From positions 186,001 through 250,000 of the forward strand of contig JALDZS010000001.1 in NCBI GenBank assembly GCA_022813965.1: 64,000 nt of DNA, given 5' to 3'. The stretch is from Toensbergia leucococca. Lineage: Eukaryota. How positions within the stretch are numbered: the first letter of the stretch is position 1; each line of letters starts with the position of its first letter. The notes beneath the pieces were generated by a model, which ran no database searches, was not told the DNA's origin, and saw only the letters and a program-made list of their open reading frames with translations. Below are positions 11,581 through 23,136 of this stretch, in pieces. The position numbers and the translations under genes are program-made.

Positions 11581-12115
11581 TTCCTTAGAGACACATATTT
11601 CCTGAATGTGTTACTGAAACTTATCACTGATACTAAGGTGTTTTGATAATTATCAGTATCCCCCCTTTTGATATTTATACTATATCCGGGTGCGATACTG
11701 TCATTTACTATCCTCTACACATCTACCTCATCATCCATCACAATACCTGTTCACCTGCAGATGGCGGGACTGTTTCAGGCCTTTAGATTGTACTCAAGTA
11801 GAGGTGAAAGTCAAGTGGAAATATAGTGTGAATTCATGATATTTTCCTATTGCGCTTGGGGATGGAGGCATGGTGAATTTTATGAAATGATGATATTTTG
11901 CTAGGTAATACTGCTCTTCAATTGCACGCAAATGATGAGATAGATGGCATGCAATGAAGGTAGGGAATCAAGTCAAAACGTGGTGTAAAATCATGCTGTT
12001 TCTCTCTGTGATTATGCGCCTAGGTCGGGGTATCATGTTAAGGAGCTATCATATTCTACCGGTAATCATGAAATCAACTCAATATCAGTAATATGTGTGC
12101 ACCTGAGGAACCCGT
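11581..12115. repeat. Diverged dispersed repeat, copy 1 (inverted relative to 26198-26737)
   Basis: The reverse complement aligns by eye to 26198-26737, e.g. aaggcctgaaacagtcccgccatctgcaggtgaacaggta versus aaggcctaaaacagttccaccatccacaggtgaataggta, and gagaaacagcatgattttacaccacgttttgacttgattccctaccttcattgcat versus gagaaacagcatgattttgcaccacattttgacttattccctaccttcattgcat. Confidence 0.88.
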
Positions 12116-13030
12116 CTGTAAAGAAGGTGTACGGTAGTAGATGAGGTGATGTAACACGAATCACGGAATCAAGACAATTCAAACACGCTCAGACAGCAAT
12201 CAACTAGTTCATTGGGATTGGGCCACCTACCTATTCACCGTTACATTCATTGCTCTATTCTTCATTCTTGTTGACACATGTCTTTTCATCTTTCGCTTTT
12301 GACCTACTCTTCATTCCGAATGGTGTGCTTGACAAGCTCTTGCGCTCATAACCACGGCAATCACAGCGTTAAAGTGCTGCCCTCAGCCTGGCCATCTAAG
12401 AGCTTCCCGATGAGTGGATGAGTGGATGAGTGCGACTGGACTCTGCCGACACAAAGTCATCAGCGGCGGATAATCGTGAGACAGTCGGAGGAGGCGAGCA
12501 CTCCTCTTGCACAGGCCAACAGGTGTGTATTAATTTTCTTCTCGGGGTTGGAGTGCACAGGAACGGCAAGCGCAGGCGGGGCAATGGAGATAGTCAGCCG
12601 TGTCAGAAGGAATTTGGATGGTTCAAGTTAGCATGTGTGGCGCTGTGTGTGGGGTTCTGAAAAGGTGGGGATCGGCAGAAAGCACCTTGCTACAGCATCC
12701 CCCGAGCCCCCCTTCCAACCGCAACAGCCGTAACCGCATCTCAATTCTCAGTTCTCAAGATCCCTCTGACCCCTTCCCCTTGTCCCTCACCAACCGCTCT
12801 CGTTATTCTCTGTTGATTGTATTTGCTGCTTCTCTCCTTTGCAATTGATCTGGAAAACACCCTATCCACTCTCGTTCAATCCTTCTGCGTCAAGCTGTGC
12901 AAGGGCAATCCGCTACAGGAGTGACGTGTCCATCCTTCGAGCATCAACCTGCATTGATCTCCGTTTTGCTGTTTTTACCGAGCTTCGCTTCTTTCCTACC
13001 TCATATTGACTCCTCACTTACTGAATTCTG

Positions 13031-14642
13031 ATGCCGAACCTAGGAGGCTTTTTGAAGAAGAAGCGGACGAAGGACTCGTCAAGTGGAAAAGACCCAACGT
13101 CTCCATCGTCTCCTACCTCTCCCTCATCACCCATAGGTAACTTCCCCTCGGCCTCAAGTGGTGGCTTCAGCAAAATTGCTTCGACGTCCTCCCAAACCTC
13201 TTATACGCAATCACAAAATAGCGCCAGCAAGTCCAAGGATCATCTGGTCACAATTCAAGAACCACAACCCCAAGGCACTTCGCAGATTTCTCCTTCCGTA
13301 CCACGGGATGCTGATCAAGATTCTTCGGTGACCTCTTCTTCAACCCAGAATACACCGAACGCCAACGACCTTGTCAATCACTCCGAGAAAGACGGCGTTG
13401 CACAATCGCAAATGGACGGCTCACATAACACATCGGGCTTGAGAGGGGCTACAGTGTTCTCGAGTAATGCTGGAGGAGCTCCTACTGCCGTCCGTGAGAC
13501 CAAGGGCAAGTACTCGCTACCGGACTTCACTATCCAGCGAACATTGGGCACTGGAAGTTTTGGGAGGGTACATCTTGTGCAGTCGAAGCATAATCAACGC
13601 TTCTATGCCATCAAGGTCCTGAAGAAGCAACAGGTGGTCAAGATGAAGCAGGTTGAGCACACAAATGACGAGCGGAAGATGCTTCAAAAGGTCAAGCATG
13701 CCTTCTTAATCACTCTTTGGGGAACCTTTCAAGACTCTAAAAACCTTTATATGGTGATGGATTTCGTTGAAGGTGGAGAGCTCTTTAGTCTTTTGCGCAA
13801 GTCGCAGGTCAGTGACATTGATTATTATCATTATTATTACTGTGAATTCTCCCTCCTCGAGTACATGTACTCACTCCATCACAAGCGTTTTCCAAATCCG
13901 GTTGCCAAATTCTATGCTGCCGAAGTTACATTGGCACTAGACTACCTGCACTCAATGTCCATCATATACCGAGACCTCAAGCCAGAAAACCTGTTATTGG
14001 ACAGGCATGGACATTTGAAGATTACCGACTTTGGATTTGCGAAAGAGGTACCGGACATTACGTGGACTCTCTGCGGAACACCAGACTATCTGGCGCCGGA
14101 GGTGGTCGCATCGAAAGGGTACAATAAATCAGTTGATTGGTAGGTCCCTTTACTTTTGATTCCAACAAAGCAAAGTTCATGTTGTTGTAGGTGGTCATTA
14201 GGTATATTGATATTCGAAATGCTTTGCGGATTTACTCCTTTTTGGGACGCTGGCTCTCCCATGAAGATTTACGAGAATATCCTCAAGGGCCGAGTTAAAT
14301 ATCCTCCCTATATTCATCCAGATGCGCAAGACCTCCTACAACGACTCATTACACCCGATTTGACCAAGAGATTGGGAAATTTGCATGGTGGGTCAAAGGA
14401 TGTCATGCAGCATGCATGGTTTGCCGAGGTAACCTGGGACCGCCTGTCCAAAAAGGACATTGATGCGCCGTATGTACCACCTGTTCAAGGAGGCGCGGGT
14501 GATTCTAGTCAGTATGACAAGTACCCAGAAGAGACAGAAGAGTATGGGGCTCGGGGAAGTGATCCGTAGGCTGGACCTTCGTCCAATGTCGAGAATCTTG
14601 CTAACAGTAACTAGGCATGGACATCTCTTCAAAGACTTTTAG
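13031..14642 (+). CDS. pkaA: cAMP-dependent protein kinase catalytic subunit (PKA)
   Basis: Motifs [46 protein letters not shown], and an AGC tail ending FKDF*. Introns at 13808-13885, ~14140-14190 and ~14566-14614. Confidence 0.97.
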
Positions 14643-15275
14643 CCCTTTTACGTGTGTGGGAAAAGCACCGTTATCCGATCAGTAATTCATGGGATCATGG
14701 CTTTTGTAACATCTCTTGAGAAACGAAACCACCCACATACCGCGCTGTCACACAAGGTAGGACAACGCAACCGGGACGATATCTAGAGAAATCAAGAGAA
14801 GGAGCCGCTTCAAAATTGTCCCTTTCGTGTTTTGCGGGTTCAGACTGGAATTTTCTGTCATCACTCATGTTTTTGCGACTTCTCTGCATTTCTGTCACAA
14901 AGCCCCAGGGAGGCAAACATTTTTAGGCGCAGTGGACCTGGTGATTCGCAGCCAGTTTTGGGGCGTTTCCCTTCTTTGATGCTAGGCTTGTTTGTGTCTT
15001 CTCTGGTGCCAGGCTTGCTTATCAATTCTCAGATACCTGGGGGAAGTAGGAGGGTAGCGAAAGTATTTCTGTGACGCCACCAGAGATACGTAGACTTTAT
15101 CCTGTCATGGCAACGGCCATAAAAATCTCTTACGAATGAAAATGGGTATCCTTTATCTTTTGAGTTCCTCAGCAGGTCCCTATTAGGCAGTCCTCTGAGC
15201 CGAGTCAGGTGGCGAGAAAGCGGCCATGTTGCCATTTGGTCCAAGCATAAGTCGAAAGGTTTAGATGGTACTTCT

Positions 15276-16190
15276 CTATTTTCTTGGACGTGCTTCCGAC
15301 CACATCCTATCGATAACCTGAAATACTGCCGTAATAGCCTTCATGGTCCCCTCGTCAATCCCCAGGTTCCCAAATCGCTGCTGCATCTTATCCGGATGCC
15401 ACCTTACCCTCTCCGCTTTCAACACCGCTGGCAAATCAACCACTCCACCTTTTTCCTCCGTCTGCGGCACATTCCTCAAAAACATCTCCACTTCGTCCTT
15501 CCCTACATCCTTAAACTTCCCTGACTCCACTGGCCAAGAAATCAACTCCCTTACTTCTCTCATAATTTTACCCTTCTCATCTCCTCCCACGCCTTTACCC
15601 CTCTCCCACCCCGCTAAATACCCCTCCCAAACCCCTCTCCACCTCTCCATCGCCTTATTCTTCTCCCTCACCCTTCTCCTCTCCTCCCCCCTCCTCACCG
15701 CCTCCGTAACCTCCCTTTCCCAATCCCCCTCCCTCTTCTTTCTTTTCGCTCTCTCCTCCTCCCTCCGCATCCTCTCCTCAACCAAATGCTCGTGACTTTT
15801 CTCCCACATCTTAGCCCGCACATAAGCCGTATACTCCTCATCACTCATGCGTTCTAGCTCGCCACCTTCTTCGGTCTTCACGTAGGGACTGTAGGTGTGG
15901 ATCGGTTGGCCGTAGACCCCTTCCCAGAAGGCGGCGCCTTCGTCGTCGGCGAGAGCATCGAAGAGCGATTCGCGGAAGGAGGTGCGCGGAGAGAGGGGAG
16001 GGGTGGAGATGGGTTCTTGGATTGGAGGGTTGTCGGAGCGTCGCTTGGAGCGGTGGTGGCGGCGATGGTGGTGGGAGCGGCGGTGCTTGGCTGGGGTTGC
16101 GTCGGAGGATGGGGAGTGGGCGCGTTTGGTCTTGAAGCGAAATATTGTAGGGTTGTTGGCCGTGTCGGGAGCGGGTTCTGGGGGAGTCAT
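15276..16190 (-). CDS. Conserved NFKBIL1-like nuclear protein (basic/His-rich N-terminus, coiled coil, RWHPDK motif)
   Basis: 304-aa intronless ORF with FRESLFDALADDEGAAFWEGVYGQPIH, WPVESG and LKAERVRWHPDKMQQRFG. Confidence 0.75.
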   Translation of the reverse strand: MTPPEPAPDTANNPTIFRFKTKRAHSPSSDATPAKHRRSHHHRRHHRSKRRSDNPPIQEPISTPPLSPRTSFRESLFDALADDEGAAFWEGVYGQPIHTYSPYVKTEEGGELERMSDEEYTAYVRAKMWEKSHEHLVEERMRREEERAKRKKREGDWEREVTEAVRRGEERRRVREKNKAMERWRGVWEGYLAGWERGKGVGGDEKGKIMREVRELISWPVESGKFKDVGKDEVEMFLRNVPQTEEKGGVVDLPAVLKAERVRWHPDKMQQRFGNLGIDEGTMKAITAVFQVIDRMWSEARPRK

Positions 16191-16489
16191 GTTGATGGCA
16201 GAGCTGAGAGTCTGTGTTGCTTGTACCTTACAATATGTTGATGTGCTATCGTTGAACCCCAGTACGTAGCTCGGCTGCTCTTATCGATAAATAGTGCTTG
16301 CCCCAAAGTTCCTCGGTTGGAACACTTCGGTCAACAGACTTCGTGTATTGTTTGTTAACGACGCAACCCAAAGCGGATTGGAGGCTAGTTTGATAAATTA
16401 AATGGGTAACCTGGGACTGTTCGAGTTGTCGCTGGTTGAGCATCTCTCATAATGAGGAATAGCCGTTCTGGGCTTAGTAGCTACATCGG

Positions 16490-16498
16490 TACGGAGTA
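16490..16498 (+). promoter_or_regulatory. TACGGAGTA motif in a divergent promoter (also at 8878-8886, 42135-42143, 49604-49612)
   Basis: The exact 9-mer occurs in four upstream regions; function is inferred only from position. Confidence 0.45.
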
Positions 16499-16532
16499 GC
16501 CGAATCCAAGCTCTCCAGTATTGAGGATCAAC

Positions 16533-19185
16533 ATGTCTCTGCTGCAGAATGAAGAGTAAGCTCTAAATCCTCCGTTGTATATTGCCACGATTTGATGTTG
16601 TGAATTGAGGATTTACCGCAGAATTTTTAGTAATTGACTGTGCTAATATACGGCAGCTTTCTAATTTGGCAGTTGAGGACTTCCTATCTAACCCATATCA
16701 AAGACGGTATTGGAGAACGTCTCATCAATGTTGACTCAAGGGTTCTCAATGATCCAAGCTTCCGTGCCGCAGGCTGGACTGCAAACCTTGCCGACATCAA
16801 AAGGACTCACTCTCCTCCAATTCCAACTGCAATTACCTCCGACTACTTCTCAGCTCCGCCACGATCCGCTGTCACAGCCCCTGCAAACTTTAAGGATGAA
16901 GATGAGGAGGGAGGTATGGTGACGGGAGGAGGCAGCAATGATACTGTGGGACCAGGTCCGATTCTGAGAAGGAGACGTCGTCGAGAACAACAGGAGGAGG
17001 ATGACAGCAGTGACTTGAGCGATGAGAGCGACGAGGAGAATGAGGGAACACAGCGGTAAGCTTCTCTTCCCTTGTGTCACACAGTTGCCCACAGCTGAAG
17101 ATCATCAGGGCCGCACAACAAATTAGATTTGCGAAAATGCCTGTCAGGACTCGTTCAGGGTCGTCACCCATTCATGGCTCAAAACTAGATGAAGTCGAGG
17201 TTCTCATTACATCACCATCCAAGCGGTCTGGCGAAGGAAGACTTCGGAGCGGATCTCTAGGTGCTGTTGCTGCCGTGAAGCAGCGTGCTAGGAGGGACAC
17301 CACCACAAGCAGTGATATGTCATCCGAGAATGAGCTCGACCCTGCGGTGTTCAAGCGAAGGCAGATAAATCCGACTAGAGCGGCAAAAGCTAATAACCTA
17401 CTCACTGAGAAGCACGAAGAAGACGAGCGACAACAAATGCGGTACTTCGCTGACACAATACATGAAGATTCTGGTGAAGAGTCAGGCCGGACTAGTCTTT
17501 CTTCAGAATTCGCAGAGACCGCAGAATCAGAATCCTTGCTAGACAATGTTGGGAACCCCCTCGCCTCTTCCCTGTTGACGGGTATCCAGCCTGCAGTATC
17601 TCCGAAGAAGTCTAGAAACATGTCAAACGCCATGCTTCAAGCATTGCCTCCGCCACGGCCAATCAGTATGGTTCAACCGATAAGCCTACTAGGACAGGCC
17701 ATCAGAGCTAGACAGTCTAAACCAAAGAACCCTATTGAAGTTTTCGCAAGGCTTTCCGGAAAAGGCGTGCTAGATCCTCTCAATATCAAAATCTATGCAC
17801 CCTTTTCAGATATTCCTGATGAGCCGTTTGAAATGCCGTTACAAAAAACGGTCCAAGAGGCTGGTTCTGGTGAGAAGACACAGGTCTCAGTCGCTGATGC
17901 AATTGGTCTGAGCTTGTGGAGGTACTGCGAACTTGGCTTGCAGCCTTCTGTAGAGCTTCATAGGCTGAATGTTAATCGATGGACAATGCGAATGATCGAA
18001 GATGGGGAGGTCGATTTCGATTTCCCTGCTTTGAGTCGTACGAGACCGATAGTTGATTTCACATCCAACAACAATCGAGCCGCCCGAGGAAGGTCAAGGG
18101 AGAAACCATACGATGAGTTTGCTTTGGTGGAAGCTACAGACGCCCAATTCAAAGAAAATCAGCAATTGACGCCAAAGTACAACCAGGAAAGCCCTCCAGT
18201 CAAAGAGGAACCAGCAGACGACCGTTCACATATGCCTGGCCAACCCGAGAAGAGGGAACTTTCAAATAACAGCACCGACCGACCATACACACTGACCGCT
18301 CGAAAGCCAGCACCTCTTCCAGCCGACAAACCCGTCATTCCAGTCTCACAATCGACGCCTCGCGTAGGCCAAACAAAGATGTTGAAAATCCACTTTACCA
18401 GTGTAGAGGCGTACACCCAGACCAACACTATCGAAGTCACCACAGACACCTACATCGCCGAGGTTCTCGACACAGTCTGCAAGCGCTGGAACCTCGACAA
18501 AGCTTACCACATCCTCAAAGTCAGCGGCACCAACACCATTGCCCCCCCCGACCGCACCGTGGAGTCCTTGGGCACCTACACCAGCCTCGATCTCATCCGG
18601 CGGCGCTTCGCCAACGACGGTGCCCTCGGTATCACTGGCTCGCCGGGCAGCAGCTCCCCGAACGCGCCGCTGCTACTAACCGTCGAGACACCGAAGAAGG
18701 GCAAGCGAACAGGGCAAGTCATGCATCCGCTTGCCCAAAAAGCAGATCTGTTGAACAGCACGGCCAAGTACAAAAAGTACAACGTTGTCCGCAAACAGCC
18801 CATGTCCTTTACACCCTCGCATTCCCGCATCCTACTCATGGACGAAGACTACATGCACATTCTCCCTGGCGACGCAGGCAAAACCCTCTTCGATACCAGC
18901 GCCAAGACGACCGCTATTCCGTTCAACCTCATCGTCGGCTGCAAGCTTAGCAGGAGGCATCCCAAGACATTTCGAGTAAGCTTTTTGAACTCAATTATTT
19001 TTGTTTGATTTTATCTTGAGAATAGATACTAATGTTGAGTGTATGCAAAGGTGCTAGTATGGCGAGACACAGAAACCAAGCGCTATGACTTTGAAGCCCA
19101 GACGGTTTCTGACGCGGCGGAGATTGTAGAGGAGCTCAGCAGGGCCATGGAACCGTTCCGGCCGAATCTGCAAGCTATGAATTGA
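16533..19185 (+). CDS. SIN1: TORC2 subunit Sin1/Avo1 (stress-activated MAPK-interacting protein)
   Basis: N-terminus MSLLQNE|DFLIWQLRTSYL..DGIGERLI; CRIM region VADAIGLSLWRY..WTMRMIEDGEVDFDFPAL..DEFALVEAT; PH-like end YKKYNVVRKQPMSF..KRYDFEA. Three introns; TGA at 19183-19185. Confidence 0.93.
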
Positions 19186-19962
19186 TTTGTCTCGCATGAC
19201 CAGTCCTTGTCTTACTGTAGGATTTTTCGAGCCTTTTTTTCTCTTGATTTTTTTGATCAAAAAAACAGCTTTTCTTGCAAAAAAGGCGGGGAAGATGTTT
19301 TGAGCACAAGGCGTTGTGATATACCCCCTGTTTGTTTCTTTTTCCTTTTTATTTTCTTTCACTAAGAGGGAAATTGATGGCCTATTTTGTTAATGTTCTT
19401 GAGTTGAAAAAATAAAAGGGGAGACACACAAAATACATTTAATTCCCAAAATCATTCCAATCTCACTTCAAGGTATGAAGGCTAAAACCCACCAAGAACC
19501 ATCGCCATAAATCTCGGCAAACAAGTACCCCGAACACACAACCTGAGAAACCACATCCAAATCCCTCTCGCAGCGTATCAACCCCCAAAAAGGGGTGCCT
19601 TTACTCCCGAGGTCGTAAATGTGGCAAGCCACGATGATTTTTTCGGGGGGCTGAAAGAATGATACACGCGGCTAAAGGATTGCTAGGCGTGGTCGTCGTC
19701 CCGATGTGCCAGCCCAGTGGGAACGGGATGGGAAATGGATTGACAAGCCGGGGGAAGGGGTTTTTCATGTTCTTTATTATCGTTTTCGAGAAAAAAAAAA
19801 TATTCAGAATTGATAATTGTATTTTACATACCATGCTTATTAGACCCCCCCGTCTTCTAGAGACGAAACACCCGCGAAACTGGTCAACGCCTGGCCTATG
19901 CACAAATCCGCTAAGTTGGGCCGACAAAAGTATCAGAATGCCATCCCTCCCCGTACTAGCCA

Positions 19963-21156
19963 TCAGCCCTCCTTCGCATCCCCAGCACCAGTAGCAGCAG
20001 CAGCAGCCGCCTCCCTCTTCCTCGCCAAATACCTCTCCCTCGCGCCCCCAATCTCTCCCTCCGTCTTCCGACTCTTCGCCGCCCGCTCCACCTCCCCTCT
20101 CTGCGCCGCCTCCTCCTCCCTGGCCCTCTTCCCCGCCTGCTCCAGCTGCTCTTCCAGCATGCGCGACTGCCGCTCCCGCATCGCTTGCTTGGCGCCCCCG
20201 CGGCCGGGAAGAGCGTTTGTGGCGGAGGAGGACGGCGTGGATGAGGAGTGGGCGGGGTTGGAGGAGGCTTGTTTGGGTTTGGGGGCGATGTTTAGGCCGG
20301 CGGTGAGGAGTTGGCGTTTGTCGACTACTTGGCCGTCGTCGTTGGTGAGGGCGCCCTTTTCGAGGGCGAGGGCCGCTTCGCTTTTCAGAGGGTCGTCGTC
20401 GGCTGTGTTGTCGGTTGAGGTCTCTGGGGCTTGATCCTTGGCTCGTTCCACAGCTTCTACGACGGCGGCATGCTTTCGCTCGTCTTGCTCTAGAATGTTC
20501 TTATACAACCCTGTCATGCCCCCGCCAGCTCTCCTCTTCCTCTCCGCCTCCACCCTCTCCCTTTCCGCCTCCTCCGCCTCCATCCGCCGCACCTCCTCCT
20601 GCTGCGCCTTGTACGCCCCCGTCACAAACTTTTCCTTGTCTGCAAACTCGTCGCCCTCGGCCTCGCGCTCTTTGGCGAGCATTTTGTCTTGTGCACGAAG
20701 TTGATCACGTTTGCGGGTTTCGGCGGCGGCGATCAGGTTGGCCATGTATTTGGGGCCTTTTTCTTGGGGATTGCTGGAGCGTGCGGGTTTGGAATGCAGC
20801 GTGTCGTAGATGGTGTCGTAGGAGTAGATCGTTGGGTCGATGCTTTGGGCTGAGGAGGCGTGTTTGGTGCTTGTGTGGTTGGTGGAGAGGTCGCCATAGT
20901 GGGAGGGTGGTGGAGGTTTTTGAGAGGGCTTGGGGCGGGGAGGGGGGATTTTGCTATTGGATTTTGGGTGTGAGGAGGAGGTGAGGCCGTCTATAGTTGT
21001 AATTGATTCCGTGTGGTCGTCATTTTTATCATTGTCGGGGCCATCTTCGGGGTCGGAGTCGGAGTCGAAGATGGTCTTTCGCTTTGCGGGGGGAGGGCGA
21101 GGCGTTGATGACAGGGACTTTTTAGTGATATTCAGACCATAGGCTAGGCTTGACAT
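19963..21156 (-). CDS. Nuclear speckle splicing regulator NSRP1/CCDC55 (DUF2040) homolog
   Basis: MSSLAYGLNI start (ATG 21156). Motifs DPTIYSYDTIYD, PKYMANLIAAAETRKRD, KEREAEGDEFADKEKFVTGAYK, VDKRQLLTAGLN, ARERYLARK. Confidence 0.88.
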   Translation of the reverse strand: MSSLAYGLNITKKSLSSTPRPPPAKRKTIFDSDSDPEDGPDNDKNDDHTESITTIDGLTSSSHPKSNSKIPPPRPKPSQKPPPPSHYGDLSTNHTSTKHASSAQSIDPTIYSYDTIYDTLHSKPARSSNPQEKGPKYMANLIAAAETRKRDQLRAQDKMLAKEREAEGDEFADKEKFVTGAYKAQQEEVRRMEAEEAERERVEAERKRRAGGGMTGLYKNILEQDERKHAAVVEAVERAKDQAPETSTDNTADDDPLKSEAALALEKGALTNDDGQVVDKRQLLTAGLNIAPKPKQASSNPAHSSSTPSSSATNALPGRGGAKQAMRERQSRMLEEQLEQAGKRAREEEAAQRGEVERAAKSRKTEGEIGGARERYLARKREAAAAAATGAGDAKEG

Positions 21157-21345
21157 TGTGATGGATGATGTCTCGCCTTTGTGGTGATTTTTGCATCGGA
21201 CGAACACGCGGATGAATCTTCAAAAAGTTCAGCCTTACGACAGTAGTACCCCTAATTAGGCAATCCGGTGCCGACCTCACCTCGTTCATCATTTCAACCA
21301 TCCAGACCAAAGAGGCCATCTACGGCAAAGAACCCTCATAAAGCC

Positions 21346-22506
21346 ATGGTTCTGGTAGACTACCTCGACTCGGACGACTCAGATATCGAGCAGAGCTCTC
21401 CACAACCCCAAAACATCAACACAACAACAACAAAGCCCGCCTTCAAGAAAGTCGTCGACCCCTCCAATCCCCACAAGATTCGAATCAGCCTTCCAGAACC
21501 TACAAGACCACCCCACAAAGATGCATCCGAATTACCCGAGCCCCCAGCCAAGAGAGCCAGGATCGGAGCCGGCGGCCTCGGAGGTTTCAACTCCTTTCTT
21601 CCAGCCCCAAAGCGATCATCTGCCGCGAATGGAGGGCCTGCTCGCAGAAAAGGTGGCTTAGGCAGTGGTGTAAACTTGAAGACGGGAGCAACACCGGGTT
21701 TCAGTCGAGAGCCGATGCTCAGCGCGGATGCCCCCTTTGAGGGGAGTGGTGAGGCAGGGAGTGGAGGTATAACAAACAACCCAGAATCAAACCTGACAGA
21801 AAACGGATATGATACCACGACATTAGGGATCACAGAGCCTCCAGCCACGACATCGAAAGAAGAGCCCAAGAAGCAAGGCAACGCAATGATGTTCAAACCC
21901 CTTTCCGTGGCGAGGAAACCGCAAAAGAAAAAGCCTCCTCTCAGCAGTAGCGTCACAGACGCAACAGCCACACAGAAACCCACCCCAGTACCAAGACTAT
22001 CCCTCTTCTCCCTCGACGCCTCACAAGAAGGCCCCCAAACCGCCATAACACCCCAAGACAGACCCTACAAACCCCTCCTCCACAATCCAGCCACCACGCC
22101 CCCCCCAGAAACCCCCCTCCCCTCAACCCTAGATTCCAACCCACCCCCTTCAATCCCCTCCCCACCCACGCCCCCAGAAACTCTAACCACCCTTGCCAAA
22201 ACCTTGAACCTCTCCGCATCCGCAAAGCGCCAACTCCTCGGCCGTCAACACACCTCCGCCTCATCCAACCAAAAATCCCAAATCAAAATCGCAAACTTCA
22301 ACACCGACCAAGAATACGCCGCCAACGAACTCCTCCGCCAAGCAGGCGAGCAAGTCCAGCACAACCCCGTCCGGGCCATCGCCCCGGGCAAGCACAGCTT
22401 GCAGCAGCTGGTAAACGCTGCGAGTAGCCAAAAGGATGCGTTGGAGGAGCAGTTTGCCAGCGGGAAGCGGAACAAGCAGGAGGCGGGGAGTAAATATGGG
22501 TGGTGA
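21346..22506 (+). CDS. PRCC-family proline-rich protein (MAD2B-interacting/spliceosome-associated)
   Basis: MVLVDYLDSD start, FNSFLPAPK, and C-terminal KHSLQQLVNAASSQKDALEEQFASGKRNKQEAGSKYGW*, a typical PRCC tail. Confidence 0.88.
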   Translation: MVLVDYLDSDDSDIEQSSPQPQNINTTTTKPAFKKVVDPSNPHKIRISLPEPTRPPHKDASELPEPPAKRARIGAGGLGGFNSFLPAPKRSSAANGGPARRKGGLGSGVNLKTGATPGFSREPMLSADAPFEGSGEAGSGGITNNPESNLTENGYDTTTLGITEPPATTSKEEPKKQGNAMMFKPLSVARKPQKKKPPLSSSVTDATATQKPTPVPRLSLFSLDASQEGPQTAITPQDRPYKPLLHNPATTPPPETPLPSTLDSNPPPSIPSPPTPPETLTTLAKTLNLSASAKRQLLGRQHTSASSNQKSQIKIANFNTDQEYAANELLRQAGEQVQHNPVRAIAPGKHSLQQLVNAASSQKDALEEQFASGKRNKQEAGSKYGW

Positions 22507-23136
22507 GCAAGGTACCATGGGGATTGGAATGGGGTCGATTGAGGAATTGATTGACCTTGTTTTGATTGCCTAAAAATGACCTTCCTAACGGAGCCTTTTT
22601 GCATGATTAGCTGTGAATTTTGCAGGACGATGTTAATGCATGTCGCAGGAGATAAGAAAATAACGCCCTCAAATGCTACCATGAATATGTAAGTATGCCA
22701 CTGTCACGTTCGACGACCGTGATTATTGTGTTCACGCTGTCATCAGGTCTAGTGCTCACAGGATCATATCATGATTTCTGCTATCCAGAAGCTTGTATGC
22801 CTTATTTCCAATTTGCCGTATACCAAATGTATCCTGGAAAAAACCAAATGCCATACACGCCATCTTTCTATGTATGAACGCCTCGCTATCCGATCTATGT
22901 ATTCATTCTCCATCATCAAATGCCTCATGTCTCGCTATGAGGATGTGGATCCTCTGTGTTAGAAGACTTGCTCTCGTACTAAAATTCAATCCGCTGTATT
23001 AGGAGCTTGCTCCCATGCTCAAGACTCCTTCACCTTGTAAGCCTTCCTCCATTCCTCAGCTTAATCCCTTATCTTAGATTCAGTTGTTCGTTCCAAATGT
23101 GTGAACGCTCGATCCCAAACGCATAAATAATTCATC

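Noticed and set aside
21360..22046. Long antisense ORFs (also 15343-15795, 19898-20984, 45811-46338, 55142-56011)
   Set aside because: They are shadow frames of GC-skewed real genes with no independent motifs.
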